64,000 nucleotides of DNA from an uncultured Ruthenibacterium sp. (GTDB lineage Bacteria > Bacillota > Clostridia > Oscillospirales > Ruminococcaceae). The stretch is taken from positions 15,255 through 79,254 of the forward strand of contig CALXBN010000061.1 of NCBI GenBank assembly GCA_944386555.1, read 5' to 3'. How positions within the stretch are numbered: position 1 is the stretch's first letter; the number at the start of each line of letters is the position of its first letter. Below the pieces are notes generated by a model. It did not search any database and was not told where the DNA came from. It saw only the letters and a list, made by a program, of their open reading frames with translations. Below, piece after piece: positions 37,664 through 46,806 of the stretch. The position numbers were made by a program, and so were the translations under genes.

Positions 37664-39055
37664 TTATACGGCGGTAAATTCAATGCCCAGCATACGGCAC
37701 AGCAAACGGATGCGGTGCTCCCGGTCGCCGGGCACGATCACCTCGTGGTGGGTGCCGCCGGCGTTCAGCCAGGCTGTTACGCAGGGCTGTACGCCGCTGT
37801 CCGGCGCAAAGAACAGGTAGGGCATATCGCAGGCGGCCAGGCTGCAGTCGTCCAGGATGCGCCCGCCGGCGTACACCAGGCGGAAACCGCCGTCCAGGTA
37901 GGCCAGGCTCATCACTGCGGCCGGGCCGGGGGCGGGGGTGAAGATGGGCGTGGGCGGGTTGGAAAGCCCGCCCTCCAGGAACACCCGGTCCATCAGGAAA
38001 GGCTTTTTGTCCGGCCGGCACAGGGCCCAGTTGCCCTCGCCGGCGTGGCACAGCAGGATGGCGCCGCGGGCAAAGTCCATCATGTACATCTCGCTGAAAT
38101 CGCACGGGCCGCACAGGCGCGTCATGGCGGCCATCCACAGCGCGGCGGTGGCGTCGCCCTCGGCGGCATAGCCGTAGCCGTCGGCCATCAGGTTCGAGGC
38201 CGCCAGCAGCGGCAGCTGGGAGAAGCGGCCGTCGGCGCCGAACTCCTCGAAATGGGCGGTGTAGCCCGCGTAGCCGCCGGCCTCCAGGTAGGCTTTCAGC
38301 CCCAGGTACATGCGCACGGCCTCGGCGTGGCGGGCTTCGGGCATGGCGGGGTCGATGTCGAACACGGTGCGCTCATAGGCCATGCGCCGGGCAATGTCCT
38401 CCCCGGACACGGCGGCGCAGTGCTTTTGCACCGTGCCGATGGAATCGTACACGAATTCCGCGCCCAGCTGGCGGTACACGGCCAAATCATCCGTCACCAC
38501 GTCGCCCATGCCCGCCAGCCGGCCGATGACGCCGATGCGCATGGAGCGCAGCGCGGTGCGGGTGGCCGCGGCGGCGGCAAAATCCGCCACAAAGGCGGCC
38601 AGGCCGCCGCCCTCCTTGGGCCCGGCGTAGTAAGCGCAGGGGATGCGGGCCCTGGCCAGGGCGTTGGCGCAGTCCTGGCTGCCGTGGATGGCCTGGTTCA
38701 CCGTCAGCTCCAGCTCGCCGAAGGCCGGGGTGGCCGTCTCATCGGGCTGCACCAGGGCCAGGGCCAGGGGCAGGTGGTTGTGCTGCAGGGCGTGGGCCAG
38801 GTACTGCCCCTGGGCGTAGCTGAGCAGCAGGATCAGGATGCCGTCCTGCCCCTCGGCGTTGAACCGGGCCACCAGCCGGTCCATCTGGGCGGCGTTCACC
38901 GCCGGGCCGGGGAAGGTGAAGCTGGCGGCGCCGGAAAGACGCTCCAGCAGGCGGCTGACATAATCCGTCTGGCGGCGGGTGATGCCCGGGAACAGCGGCT
39001 CGTAGCCCTCCAGCATCAGCGCCAGCACGCCCAGGCGGGGTTTGGTGTTTTCCAT
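37664..39055 (-). CDS. L-fucose/L-arabinose isomerase-family protein
   Basis: HGSQD, YTAHFE, GYAAEGD, SEMY, LCHAGEG, GGTHHEV motifs. Confidence 0.82.
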   Translation of the reverse strand: MENTKPRLGVLALMLEGYEPLFPGITRRQTDYVSRLLERLSGAASFTFPGPAVNAAQMDRLVARFNAEGQDGILILLLSYAQGQYLAHALQHNHLPLALALVQPDETATPAFGELELTVNQAIHGSQDCANALARARIPCAYYAGPKEGGGLAAFVADFAAAAATRTALRSMRIGVIGRLAGMGDVVTDDLAVYRQLGAEFVYDSIGTVQKHCAAVSGEDIARRMAYERTVFDIDPAMPEARHAEAVRMYLGLKAYLEAGGYAGYTAHFEEFGADGRFSQLPLLAASNLMADGYGYAAEGDATAALWMAAMTRLCGPCDFSEMYMMDFARGAILLCHAGEGNWALCRPDKKPFLMDRVFLEGGLSNPPTPIFTPAPGPAAVMSLAYLDGGFRLVYAGGRILDDCSLAACDMPYLFFAPDSGVQPCVTAWLNAGGTHHEVIVPGDREHRIRLLCRMLGIEFTAV

Positions 39056-39151
39056 GGTGCATCCTCCTTTTTCAGCCCGGCGGCAGGGCCCTGCACAGGC
39101 GCAGCGGCCGCGGCGCGGGACAGTCTCGGTTTTTGGAAAAGCGGTGGGCCC

Positions 39152-40657
39152 TCAGGGGCGGAACAGGGGCCTTACCGCCGCATACAGCGCCTTGTACAGC
39201 CGGTAGGCGTCTTCATAGGCGCCGGCAGCGGGGCCCGGGGCGTACCGGGCGGCCTGGCCGCTTTCGGGCAGCTGCCCCGGGGCGATCAGCCCCGTGCCCC
39301 AGCCCGCCAGCAGCGCCGCACCCATGGCCGTGGCTTCGGCGCAGCCGGGCACGGTGAAGGGCCGGGCGCACACGTCGGCCTTGATCTGCATCCACAGCGC
39401 GCTGGAGGCGCCTCCGCCCAGCGAGCGCACCTGCCGCACCGGACAGCCCAGATCTTCCAGCAGGGCAAAGAAGTCCCGCAGCAGGAAGGCAACCGATTCC
39501 AGCACGGCCCGGGCAAAGTGGGCCCGCCCGGTGGACAGGCCGGCGCCGAAGAAAGCGGCCCGGGCTTCGGGGCAGGTGTCCGGGTCCACGCTGCCGGCCA
39601 GGAAAGGCAGGAACACCAGCCCGCCGCACCCGGGGGGCACGGCGGCGGCCAGGGCGTCCAGGGCGGCGTAGCCTGCGCCGCCGGCGGGCAGGTCCGGGCA
39701 GAACTGGTCCCGGAACCACCGCAGGGCCATGCCTGCGGTATTGCCGATGGGAAGGTAGAGGAATTTGCCCGGCAAAGCGTGGCGGTAAATGGTGACGTGA
39801 TGCGCCTGCGGTCCGGCGAACACCGGGGCATCGGTGCAGGCGGCGGCCACCAGGGCGGTGCCCGTGGTCTCGGTGACGGCGCCGGGTTCGGTGCATCCGG
39901 CGGCCAGGGCGGCGGCGGCCTGGGCCATGGCGCCGGCGCACACGGGGATGCCCGCGGGCAGCCCCAGCGCCGATGCGGGCCCGGCCAGCAGCGGCCCGGC
40001 CACGGCCCCGCAGCCGATCAGCTGCGGCAGCTTGTCTGCAGGCAGGCCCGCGGCGTCCAGGGCTTCGTCCCACCAGCCGTCCCGGCCCAGATGGAACCAC
40101 CCGGACGAGGTGTGCAGGGAGGGCTCGGCCACGAAACGGCCCGTCAGCCAGTACAGCAGCCAGTCCTCCAGCAGCAGGATCTTTTCGGCCCGGGCAAAGG
40201 TTTCCGGCTCTTCCCGGCGCAGCCACAGGGCCTTGGCCAGGGGCAGCGCACCGGTGATCTCCGGCAGGCCGGTGGCCTGGTAAAACGCCTGACCCGGCAG
40301 TGCCCGGGCCAGCTGCCCGGCCTGGGCCTGGGCCCGGCCGTCCAGCCACACCAGGAAGGGCCGCAGCGGCCAGCCGTCGGCATCCACCGGGGCCAGGGTC
40401 TCGCCCTGGGTGGCCAGGCCCAAAGCGGCCGGCCGCCAGCCGGGCGCCGCCGCCAGGGCCGCGGCCATGCCCCGGGCCGCGGCAGCCAGGTAAACGTCCC
40501 CGTCGGCCTCCACGCGGCCGTTTTGGGTGTGCAGGGCATACTCCTGCACGCTGCAGGCCAGCAGCTTCAGGCCGGGGGTGAACAGGCAGGCCTTCACCGC
40601 AGTGGTGCCCACGTCCAGCGCGGCGATGCACGCCCTGCCGGCAGCGGGGGCGCTCAT
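39152..40657 (-). CDS. FGGY-family carbohydrate kinase (xylulokinase-like)
   Basis: LDVGTTAVK, VWLDGRA, FLPFLAG, ESVAF, GGGASSALWMQIKADV. Confidence 0.9.
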   Translation of the reverse strand: MSAPAAGRACIAALDVGTTAVKACLFTPGLKLLACSVQEYALHTQNGRVEADGDVYLAAAARGMAAALAAAPGWRPAALGLATQGETLAPVDADGWPLRPFLVWLDGRAQAQAGQLARALPGQAFYQATGLPEITGALPLAKALWLRREEPETFARAEKILLLEDWLLYWLTGRFVAEPSLHTSSGWFHLGRDGWWDEALDAAGLPADKLPQLIGCGAVAGPLLAGPASALGLPAGIPVCAGAMAQAAAALAAGCTEPGAVTETTGTALVAAACTDAPVFAGPQAHHVTIYRHALPGKFLYLPIGNTAGMALRWFRDQFCPDLPAGGAGYAALDALAAAVPPGCGGLVFLPFLAGSVDPDTCPEARAAFFGAGLSTGRAHFARAVLESVAFLLRDFFALLEDLGCPVRQVRSLGGGASSALWMQIKADVCARPFTVPGCAEATAMGAALLAGWGTGLIAPGQLPESGQAARYAPGPAAGAYEDAYRLYKALYAAVRPLFRP

Positions 40658-41493
40658 GCTTTCCCGTCGCAGCCAAAGACCCGCATGTGGTGCATGGTCT
40701 CGGCCTTGACGGCCTCGGTGATAATGGGCATCAGTTCGAAAGCGCCGGTGCTTTGCGTGAAACGGGCATGGGCGGCCCGGGCAGCGGCCAGGTTGTTATG
40801 GGTGAAAATGTTGATTTTGGAGATGCCGCCGGCCACACAGGCGCGGAAGTCCGCGTCGGACAGGCCGCTGCCGCCGTGAAGGACAAGGGGCGTGGGGCAG
40901 GCGGCGGCAATGGCCCTCAGGGCGTCCAGGCTGAGCACCGGGGGCGTGGTGTATACGCCGTGGGCGGTGCCGATGGCCACGGCCAGGGCGTCGCAGCCGC
41001 TTTCGGCGGCGAAGCGCACCGCGTCGCCGGGGTCCGTGTACACGGTGCGGGCCACGGCCTCCTCGGCCGACCCGTTGGACCCCACGTGCCCGATCTCCGC
41101 CTCCAGCGAGCAGCCCGCGGCGTGGGCCCTGGCGGCCATGGCCCGGGTGCGCCGCAGGTTTTCCGCAAAGGGCAGCATGCTGCAGTCGTACATCACCGAG
41201 GAAAATCCCAGGGCGATGGCCTGCTCCACCAGTTCGGGGGAAAAGCCGTGGTCAAAATGCAGGGCCACGGGTACACGGGCGCGCCGGGCCATGCCCAGCA
41301 TCATGTCGGCGTACTCGGCCAGGGATGCGCCGGGCAGCAGGCTTTCCGCCGGGCCGATGATCACCGGCGCGCGCAGTTCCTCGGCGGCGGCCAGGATGCC
41401 TTTGGTCATCTCCAGCGTCACGCAGTTGAACAGGCCCACGGCGTAGTGCTTTTCGCGGGTGTCGGCCAGGATCTCCTGTAAATTTACCAGCAT
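40654..41493 (-). CDS. Class II fructose/tagatose-bisphosphate aldolase
   Basis: YAVGLFN, VALHFDHG, EAEIGHVG, AIGTAHG, VLHGGSG, KINI. Confidence 0.92.
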   Translation of the reverse strand: MLVNLQEILADTREKHYAVGLFNCVTLEMTKGILAAAEELRAPVIIGPAESLLPGASLAEYADMMLGMARRARVPVALHFDHGFSPELVEQAIALGFSSVMYDCSMLPFAENLRRTRAMAARAHAAGCSLEAEIGHVGSNGSAEEAVARTVYTDPGDAVRFAAESGCDALAVAIGTAHGVYTTPPVLSLDALRAIAAACPTPLVLHGGSGLSDADFRACVAGGISKINIFTHNNLAAARAAHARFTQSTGAFELMPIITEAVKAETMHHMRVFGCDGKA

Positions 41494-41509
41494 GGCAAAA
41501 CCTCCTGTC

Positions 41510-42649
41510 TCAATAGGCGATGTCTACGAAGTGCCCGGCAGCGGCGGCGTCCCTGGCGGCCAGGCACGCCGCTGCGCTGGCCAGCCCGTCGGAAAGGTCC
41601 GCCCCGGGGCGCCGGCCCGCCAGCAGCTCCTCAAAAGCCCGCGCCAGGGCCTCGTCGCCGCCGAAGTGCTGGGTAAAGGGTTCGGTGTACTGCTCGGTGA
41701 CGGTGCGGGGGCTGCGGTAATCGTCGATCCGGATCTGCCCGGTGTAAAAATCGAATTCCAGGGCCCCCTCGGTTCCGATCAGCCGTGCGCCGCGCCGGCC
41801 GGCGTTCTTTTTCACCACAAAGCTCTGGCTGTAGCTGATCAGCAGCCCATCGGCGCAGGTGAACACGGCGCAGGCGCCGTCCTCGTTGCCGGTATCGGCG
41901 GCAAAGCAGCAGCCGGTGCCCTGTACATCCTCTTTGAAGCGTGTGCGCACGCTGTAATCGCTTTCGGGGCAGGTGCGCCGCCGGGGGCATGCCGGGCAGG
42001 AGAGGCCGGCGGGCTGGCTGCCTTTATAATACATCTTATTGGTTTTGGCGGCCACGCTCACCGGGTGCTGGCCGGTCAGGCAGCAGATGTAGTCGATGTC
42101 ATGGGTGGCCTTCTGCAGAAACAGGCCGCCTGTGAGGGCGGGGTCCCGGTACCAGCTGTGATAATACACGCTGCCGTAGGGCACATTGTTCACCGCCTGC
42201 ACCATGGTCAGCTGCCCCAGCGCGCCGCTGGCCACGATCTGCCGGCACCGGCGCACAATGGGCGACAGCCGCAGCGGGAAGCTGACCAGCACCGTGTGCT
42301 CCCGCCCGGCGCCGGCGGCCTTCAGCTGGCGGTACTGTTCCCAGCTGATGCACACGGGCTTTTCCAGAAACAGCGGCAGGCCTGCCGCCAGCACCTGGCA
42401 GGCATACTGGGTGTGCAGGCCGCACCGGGTGCCGATGAACACCCCGTCCAGCGCTTCGCCGTCCAGCATTTCGCCGGCATCGGCATAGCGGTGTGTGTGG
42501 GAAAAATAGGCGTCCGCCGGCTCCTTGTCCAGATACGCCGGCGAGGGGTCCGCTGCGGCGGCCACGGTGAAATCCGCCTCGACCGCCCGGAATGCCCGCA
42601 TCATGGTGGCGCTGCGCAGCCCATAGCCGATAAATCCGATTCGTTTCAC
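41510..42649 (-). CDS. Gfo/Idh/MocA-family oxidoreductase
   Basis: GTG start; IGFIGYGLRS, LEKP, GGLFLQKATHDID. Confidence 0.88.
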   Translation of the reverse strand: MKRIGFIGYGLRSATMMRAFRAVEADFTVAAAADPSPAYLDKEPADAYFSHTHRYADAGEMLDGEALDGVFIGTRCGLHTQYACQVLAAGLPLFLEKPVCISWEQYRQLKAAGAGREHTVLVSFPLRLSPIVRRCRQIVASGALGQLTMVQAVNNVPYGSVYYHSWYRDPALTGGLFLQKATHDIDYICCLTGQHPVSVAAKTNKMYYKGSQPAGLSCPACPRRRTCPESDYSVRTRFKEDVQGTGCCFAADTGNEDGACAVFTCADGLLISYSQSFVVKKNAGRRGARLIGTEGALEFDFYTGQIRIDDYRSPRTVTEQYTEPFTQHFGGDEALARAFEELLAGRRPGADLSDGLASAAACLAARDAAAAGHFVDIAY

Positions 42650-42808
42650 AAAATGACCTCCCGTCACGGCGGCGCTGCATCCGGCCCGGGGGCTGGGCAT
42701 ACATATACAGCAGGCCTCGCCGGCGCACGCCGCTAATAACTTAAATATTAGTATTTTTATTGTGCAAATTTACTAAACAGAAACCACTATTTTTGGAGGG
42801 AAAAAGCC

Positions 42809-42837
42809 TTGACGCGTTTAGAAAATGCTGTTATAGT
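42809..42837 (+). promoter_or_regulatory. Promoter of the ABC/hydrolase operon
   Basis: TTGACG-17-TGt TATAGT. Confidence 0.6.
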
Positions 42838-42864
42838 GTATTTGCAAGCCGGATTTTCACTACT

Positions 42865-42893
42865 ATTGTGCCACACGGAGCAGGGGAAGTCAA
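42865..42893 (-). promoter_or_regulatory. Promoter of the leftward catabolic operon
   Basis: TTGACT (42893-42888), 17 nt spacer, TGg CACAAT (42870-42865); faces the rightward promoter. Confidence 0.45.
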
Positions 42894-42965
42894 GAGTCCG
42901 AATTGAAATTTTAACTAAAAATGTGAAAATAAATTACTAATAATTTGGAAGGGCGGGGATGTTAT

Positions 42966-43934
42966 ATGCCGAGGCAGGCAGCTGTACGGCCGGCCGGAAA
43001 GCCTTCGTGGCTGCGGCGGCTGGCCGTTTATCTGCGCAAGTACTGGTTTATCTATATGTTGGTGCTGCCCGGGCTGATCTGTATGATCGTGTTCAACTAC
43101 GGCACCATGTACGGCATACAGCTGGCGTTTAAGGACTACAGCCCCCGCCTGGGCGTGTGGGGCAGCCCCTGGGTGGGGCTGGAGCATTTCCGGGAGATGC
43201 TGGCGGACCCCAGCTTCATCCGCGCATTCAAGAACACGGTGCTGATCAACGTTTACAAGCTGGCGTTCGGCTTTACGTTCAACATCCTGCTGGCGCTGCT
43301 GGTGAACGAGATGAAGATGCGCCGGGTGAAAAGCATGGTGCAGACCTGTGTGTACCTGCCCTACTTCCTCTCCTGGGTCATTTTCGCGGGCCTGGTGCAG
43401 GTGTTTCTGGAGTACCCCAGCGCGGCTGATATGGGCGGCGTGGTGAACCAGGTGATTGCCGGCCTGGGCTTTGAACCCATCGATTTTTTGAAGGAGCCGG
43501 CCATGTTCCGCTCCATCCTGACCATCACCAACATTATTAAAACGGCGGGCTATTCGGCCATCGTGTATTTTGCCGCCATCGCCGGCATCGACCCTACGCT
43601 GTACGAATCGGCGGCCATCGACGGGGCCAACCGCAAGGATATGATGCTGCACATCACGCTGCCGCGCATTCTGCCCAGCGTGGCCGTGATGCTGATCCTG
43701 GAGCTGTCGGGCCTGTTCATCTCCAACTTCGACCAGGTGTACAACCTGTACTCCAACTATGTGCTGTCCACAGGCGATGTGCTGTCCACCTACATCTACC
43801 GCATCGGCCTGGGCGGCGGAACGGACTTCGAGCTGTCCACTGCGGTGAACCTGGTGCTGAACGTGATGGGCCTGGTGATCGTGCTGGTGGCCAACAAGTT
43901 CATCGAAAAGCTGGACGTGCAGGGCATTTTCTGA
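42966..43934 (+). CDS. Carbohydrate ABC permease (LplB-like)
   Basis: MYGIQLAFKDY, SPWVGLEHF, LYESAAIDGA, HITLP. Confidence 0.92.
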   Translation: MPRQAAVRPAGKPSWLRRLAVYLRKYWFIYMLVLPGLICMIVFNYGTMYGIQLAFKDYSPRLGVWGSPWVGLEHFREMLADPSFIRAFKNTVLINVYKLAFGFTFNILLALLVNEMKMRRVKSMVQTCVYLPYFLSWVIFAGLVQVFLEYPSAADMGGVVNQVIAGLGFEPIDFLKEPAMFRSILTITNIIKTAGYSAIVYFAAIAGIDPTLYESAAIDGANRKDMMLHITLPRILPSVAVMLILELSGLFISNFDQVYNLYSNYVLSTGDVLSTYIYRIGLGGGTDFELSTAVNLVLNVMGLVIVLVANKFIEKLDVQGIF

Positions 43935-43950
43935 AAGGGGGAACGGTGCC

Positions 43951-44871
43951 GTGAAAAATTCCGGGCAAGTAAAATACCGCCGTTCCATGCTGTCGCGGTT
44001 CGGCTTCAACTTTTACGACATTTTTGTGTATGCGTTCTGCATCCTGTTCGCGCTGGTGTGCGTGTATCCCATGTGGTATGTGTTCGTGGCGTCCATCACC
44101 CCGTATGACGAGTATATCAAGGGCGGGCTGATGCTGTGGCCCCGCGGGGTGGACTTCCAGTACTACATCTCCATTTTCAACACCCGCAGCTTTTTGAACA
44201 GCCTGTGGATCAGCGTCAGCAAAACGGTGCTGGCCACGGTGCTGTCGGTGCTGGTCACCTCCACCATGGCCTACGCCGTCAGCAAAAGCCATGTGCGCGG
44301 CATGAAGGTGATCAACGCCCTGGTGGTGTTCAACCTGTTCTTTACCGGCGGGCTGATCCCCCAGTATATCCTGTATCAGGATTTGCACCTGCTGCGCAGC
44401 TACTGGGTGATGGTGATCCCCGGCGCGCTGAACATCACTTATTTTATCATCATGCGCAACTACTTTACCTATTCGGTGCCCAAAGACCTGGAGGAAGCGG
44501 CCAGGCTGGACGGCTGCACCGATGTGGGCGTGTTTTTCAAGATCGTGCTGCCGGTGTCCCGGCCCATGGTTGCGGCGGTGACGCTGTTTATCGCGGTGAT
44601 CAACTGGAACGATTACTACAACTACATGATGTTCATCTCCAACAAAACCAACCTGCAGCCCTTTGCGTGGATCCTGCGGCGCATGCTGACGGACAAATCC
44701 CTGATGAACACCGTGCGCAACGGCGCGGTGGGCCTGGGGCTGGAGCTGCCGCCGCCCATGGCCCTGCGCATGGCCACCATCATCTGCGCCATGCTGCCCA
44801 TTATGTGCGTGTACCCGTTCCTGCAAAAGCACTTCACCAGCGGCATCACCCTGGGCGCCGTGAAGGAGTGA
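43951..44871 (+). CDS. Carbohydrate ABC permease (LplC-like)
   Basis: FTGGLIP, LEEAARLDG, IVLPVS, PIMCVYPFLQKHF..GITLGAVKE. Confidence 0.92.
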   Translation: MKNSGQVKYRRSMLSRFGFNFYDIFVYAFCILFALVCVYPMWYVFVASITPYDEYIKGGLMLWPRGVDFQYYISIFNTRSFLNSLWISVSKTVLATVLSVLVTSTMAYAVSKSHVRGMKVINALVVFNLFFTGGLIPQYILYQDLHLLRSYWVMVIPGALNITYFIIMRNYFTYSVPKDLEEAARLDGCTDVGVFFKIVLPVSRPMVAAVTLFIAVINWNDYYNYMMFISNKTNLQPFAWILRRMLTDKSLMNTVRNGAVGLGLELPPPMALRMATIICAMLPIMCVYPFLQKHFTSGITLGAVKE

Positions 44872-44947
44872 CATGACCTGGCCCCCCTGCGGCGCGTGCC
44901 GCTGAAATGGAAGAGAAAATTTGATGCAATAAAGGAGGAGATCCACT

Positions 44948-46687
44948 ATGACAAGCAAGTTCAAACGCGCGGTATCGGCTGTGGCGGCCCTGGCTATGGC
45001 CGCCGCCCTGCTGGCCAGCTGCGGCGGTTCGTCCAGCTCCGGCGCGGGTTCGGCCGCGGCCTCCGGCAGCACCGCCGGCGCCGCTACCAACGCAGACCGC
45101 GAAACCGTGCACATCCGCTTCACCCAGTTCGGCAACAACATGGACGATGTGGAGGGCATGGAGAATGACCCCATCAAAAAAGCCATTGAGGATGCGGTGA
45201 ACATCGAGCTGGAATACGATACCGGCAGCGAGGGTTTTGTGGACCGCATGCAGAACGAGCTGTACACCGGCGGCGCCGCCGAGCTGCTGCAGACCTTCGG
45301 CGAGACCGACAAGCTGACCAGCTGGGTGGAAGAGGGCCTGGTGACCAACCTGTCCGAGATCGTCAACGCCGAGCCCGAGCGCTATCCCACCCTGTATAAG
45401 ATCATGAACAGCGACGAGTACAAAATGTACAACAAGCTGTATACAGGGGACGAGAACGCCGCCTATGCCATCTACTCGATCTCTGCCTTTGCACAGCCCA
45501 GCTATGCCGGCGTGCCGGCCTACAACACGGCCATTCTGGACGAGGTGAACGGCGGCGAGGTGCCCGCCACGGTGGAGGAATTCATTGCCTACACCGAGGC
45601 CTGCGCCCAGGCCGGCTATGTGGGCTGGTGGCCCCGCAACGACAAGCTGACCAACTGGACCGAGATCGACCGCACCATCGCCTCGCCCCAGGGCACCACC
45701 ATCATGCCCCCCAAGACCGACGCCTGGGACGGCTTTGTGCTTTCCGGCGAGCTGGGTACCGACACCGAACACTGGACCCTGGCCACCACCAGCGAAGAGA
45801 GCAAGGCCGTGGTGGAGCAGCTGCACCAGATGTATGAGGCCGGCGCGCTGGACAGCGGTATCGGCGTGAAGGGCGACTTCGATGACGCCTATGCCGACTT
45901 CGGCGCCGGACGCCTGGCCAGCGCCAACTTCGGCTTCGGCTATGCCACCCAGTACAAAGACTTCTACAACACCGCCTGGGCCGCCACCAATTCCGACGCC
46001 CAGCCCGACGATCTGACGCTGGGCACGGCGCCCACCAGCGACGGCAGCTATGCCCAGACCTATACCACCGGCACCTGGGTGGGCTACCATTACTTCATCC
46101 CCACCACCTGCGAATACCCCGACCGCGTGCTGGACCTGGTGGAGTTTATCGCCAGCCAGGAAGGCCAGGACCTGATCTTCAACACCACCGATTACGCCTT
46201 CCGCGCCGACCAGGGCGCCGACTACTGGGATCCTATCAACGCCGCCTACGGCTACGGCGACGGGCGCTGCAAATATACCTGGTTTACCTGCATGTTCAGC
46301 GGCACCGAGTACCAGGTGAACTTCACCGACAACGACTGGTGGACGGCCGTTTCCAACCCCACCGACTGGAGCAGCGAATGGCTGAGCGAGCAGGACAAAG
46401 CGCTGGTGGACTATGCCCAGGGCGTGCTGGACGGCTTTACTGACAGCTGCGTTACCCAGCTGCCCGCCTACTACAACATGATTGCCCTGCCCACCGAGGC
46501 CAGCGAGATCCGCACCAAGCTGTGCGATATCACCAACGAGTATCTGACCCAGATGATCGGCGGCCAGATGGACATTGAAACCGGCTGGGCCGAGTACCAG
46601 GCCGAATACGAGCGCAACGGCGCAGCCGAGCTGGAGACCATGGTGAATGAAGCCATCGCCACAGCCCGCGAGACCTACGGAAGCTGA
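44948..46687 (+). CDS. Carbohydrate ABC solute-binding lipoprotein
   Basis: Signal peptide with LLASC lipobox, Ser/Ala linker, acidic 579 aa body. Confidence 0.85.
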   Translation: MTSKFKRAVSAVAALAMAAALLASCGGSSSSGAGSAAASGSTAGAATNADRETVHIRFTQFGNNMDDVEGMENDPIKKAIEDAVNIELEYDTGSEGFVDRMQNELYTGGAAELLQTFGETDKLTSWVEEGLVTNLSEIVNAEPERYPTLYKIMNSDEYKMYNKLYTGDENAAYAIYSISAFAQPSYAGVPAYNTAILDEVNGGEVPATVEEFIAYTEACAQAGYVGWWPRNDKLTNWTEIDRTIASPQGTTIMPPKTDAWDGFVLSGELGTDTEHWTLATTSEESKAVVEQLHQMYEAGALDSGIGVKGDFDDAYADFGAGRLASANFGFGYATQYKDFYNTAWAATNSDAQPDDLTLGTAPTSDGSYAQTYTTGTWVGYHYFIPTTCEYPDRVLDLVEFIASQEGQDLIFNTTDYAFRADQGADYWDPINAAYGYGDGRCKYTWFTCMFSGTEYQVNFTDNDWWTAVSNPTDWSSEWLSEQDKALVDYAQGVLDGFTDSCVTQLPAYYNMIALPTEASEIRTKLCDITNEYLTQMIGGQMDIETGWAEYQAEYERNGAAELETMVNEAIATARETYGS

Positions 46688-46703
46688 TCCCTTCGCCTTC
46701 AGC

Positions 46704-46742
46704 CCGCCGCCGCAACCGATTACGCGGCGGTGGGTTTTTTAT
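46704..46742 (+). terminator. Intrinsic terminator after the solute-binding protein gene
   Basis: CCCGCCGCCGC/GCGGCGGTGGG stem plus T-run. Confidence 0.6.
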
Positions 46743-46806
46743 GGAATAGATGCGAATCACACATCGTAAAAAATGGATAAAACAATCACAAGGAGGTTCA
46801 ACACCC

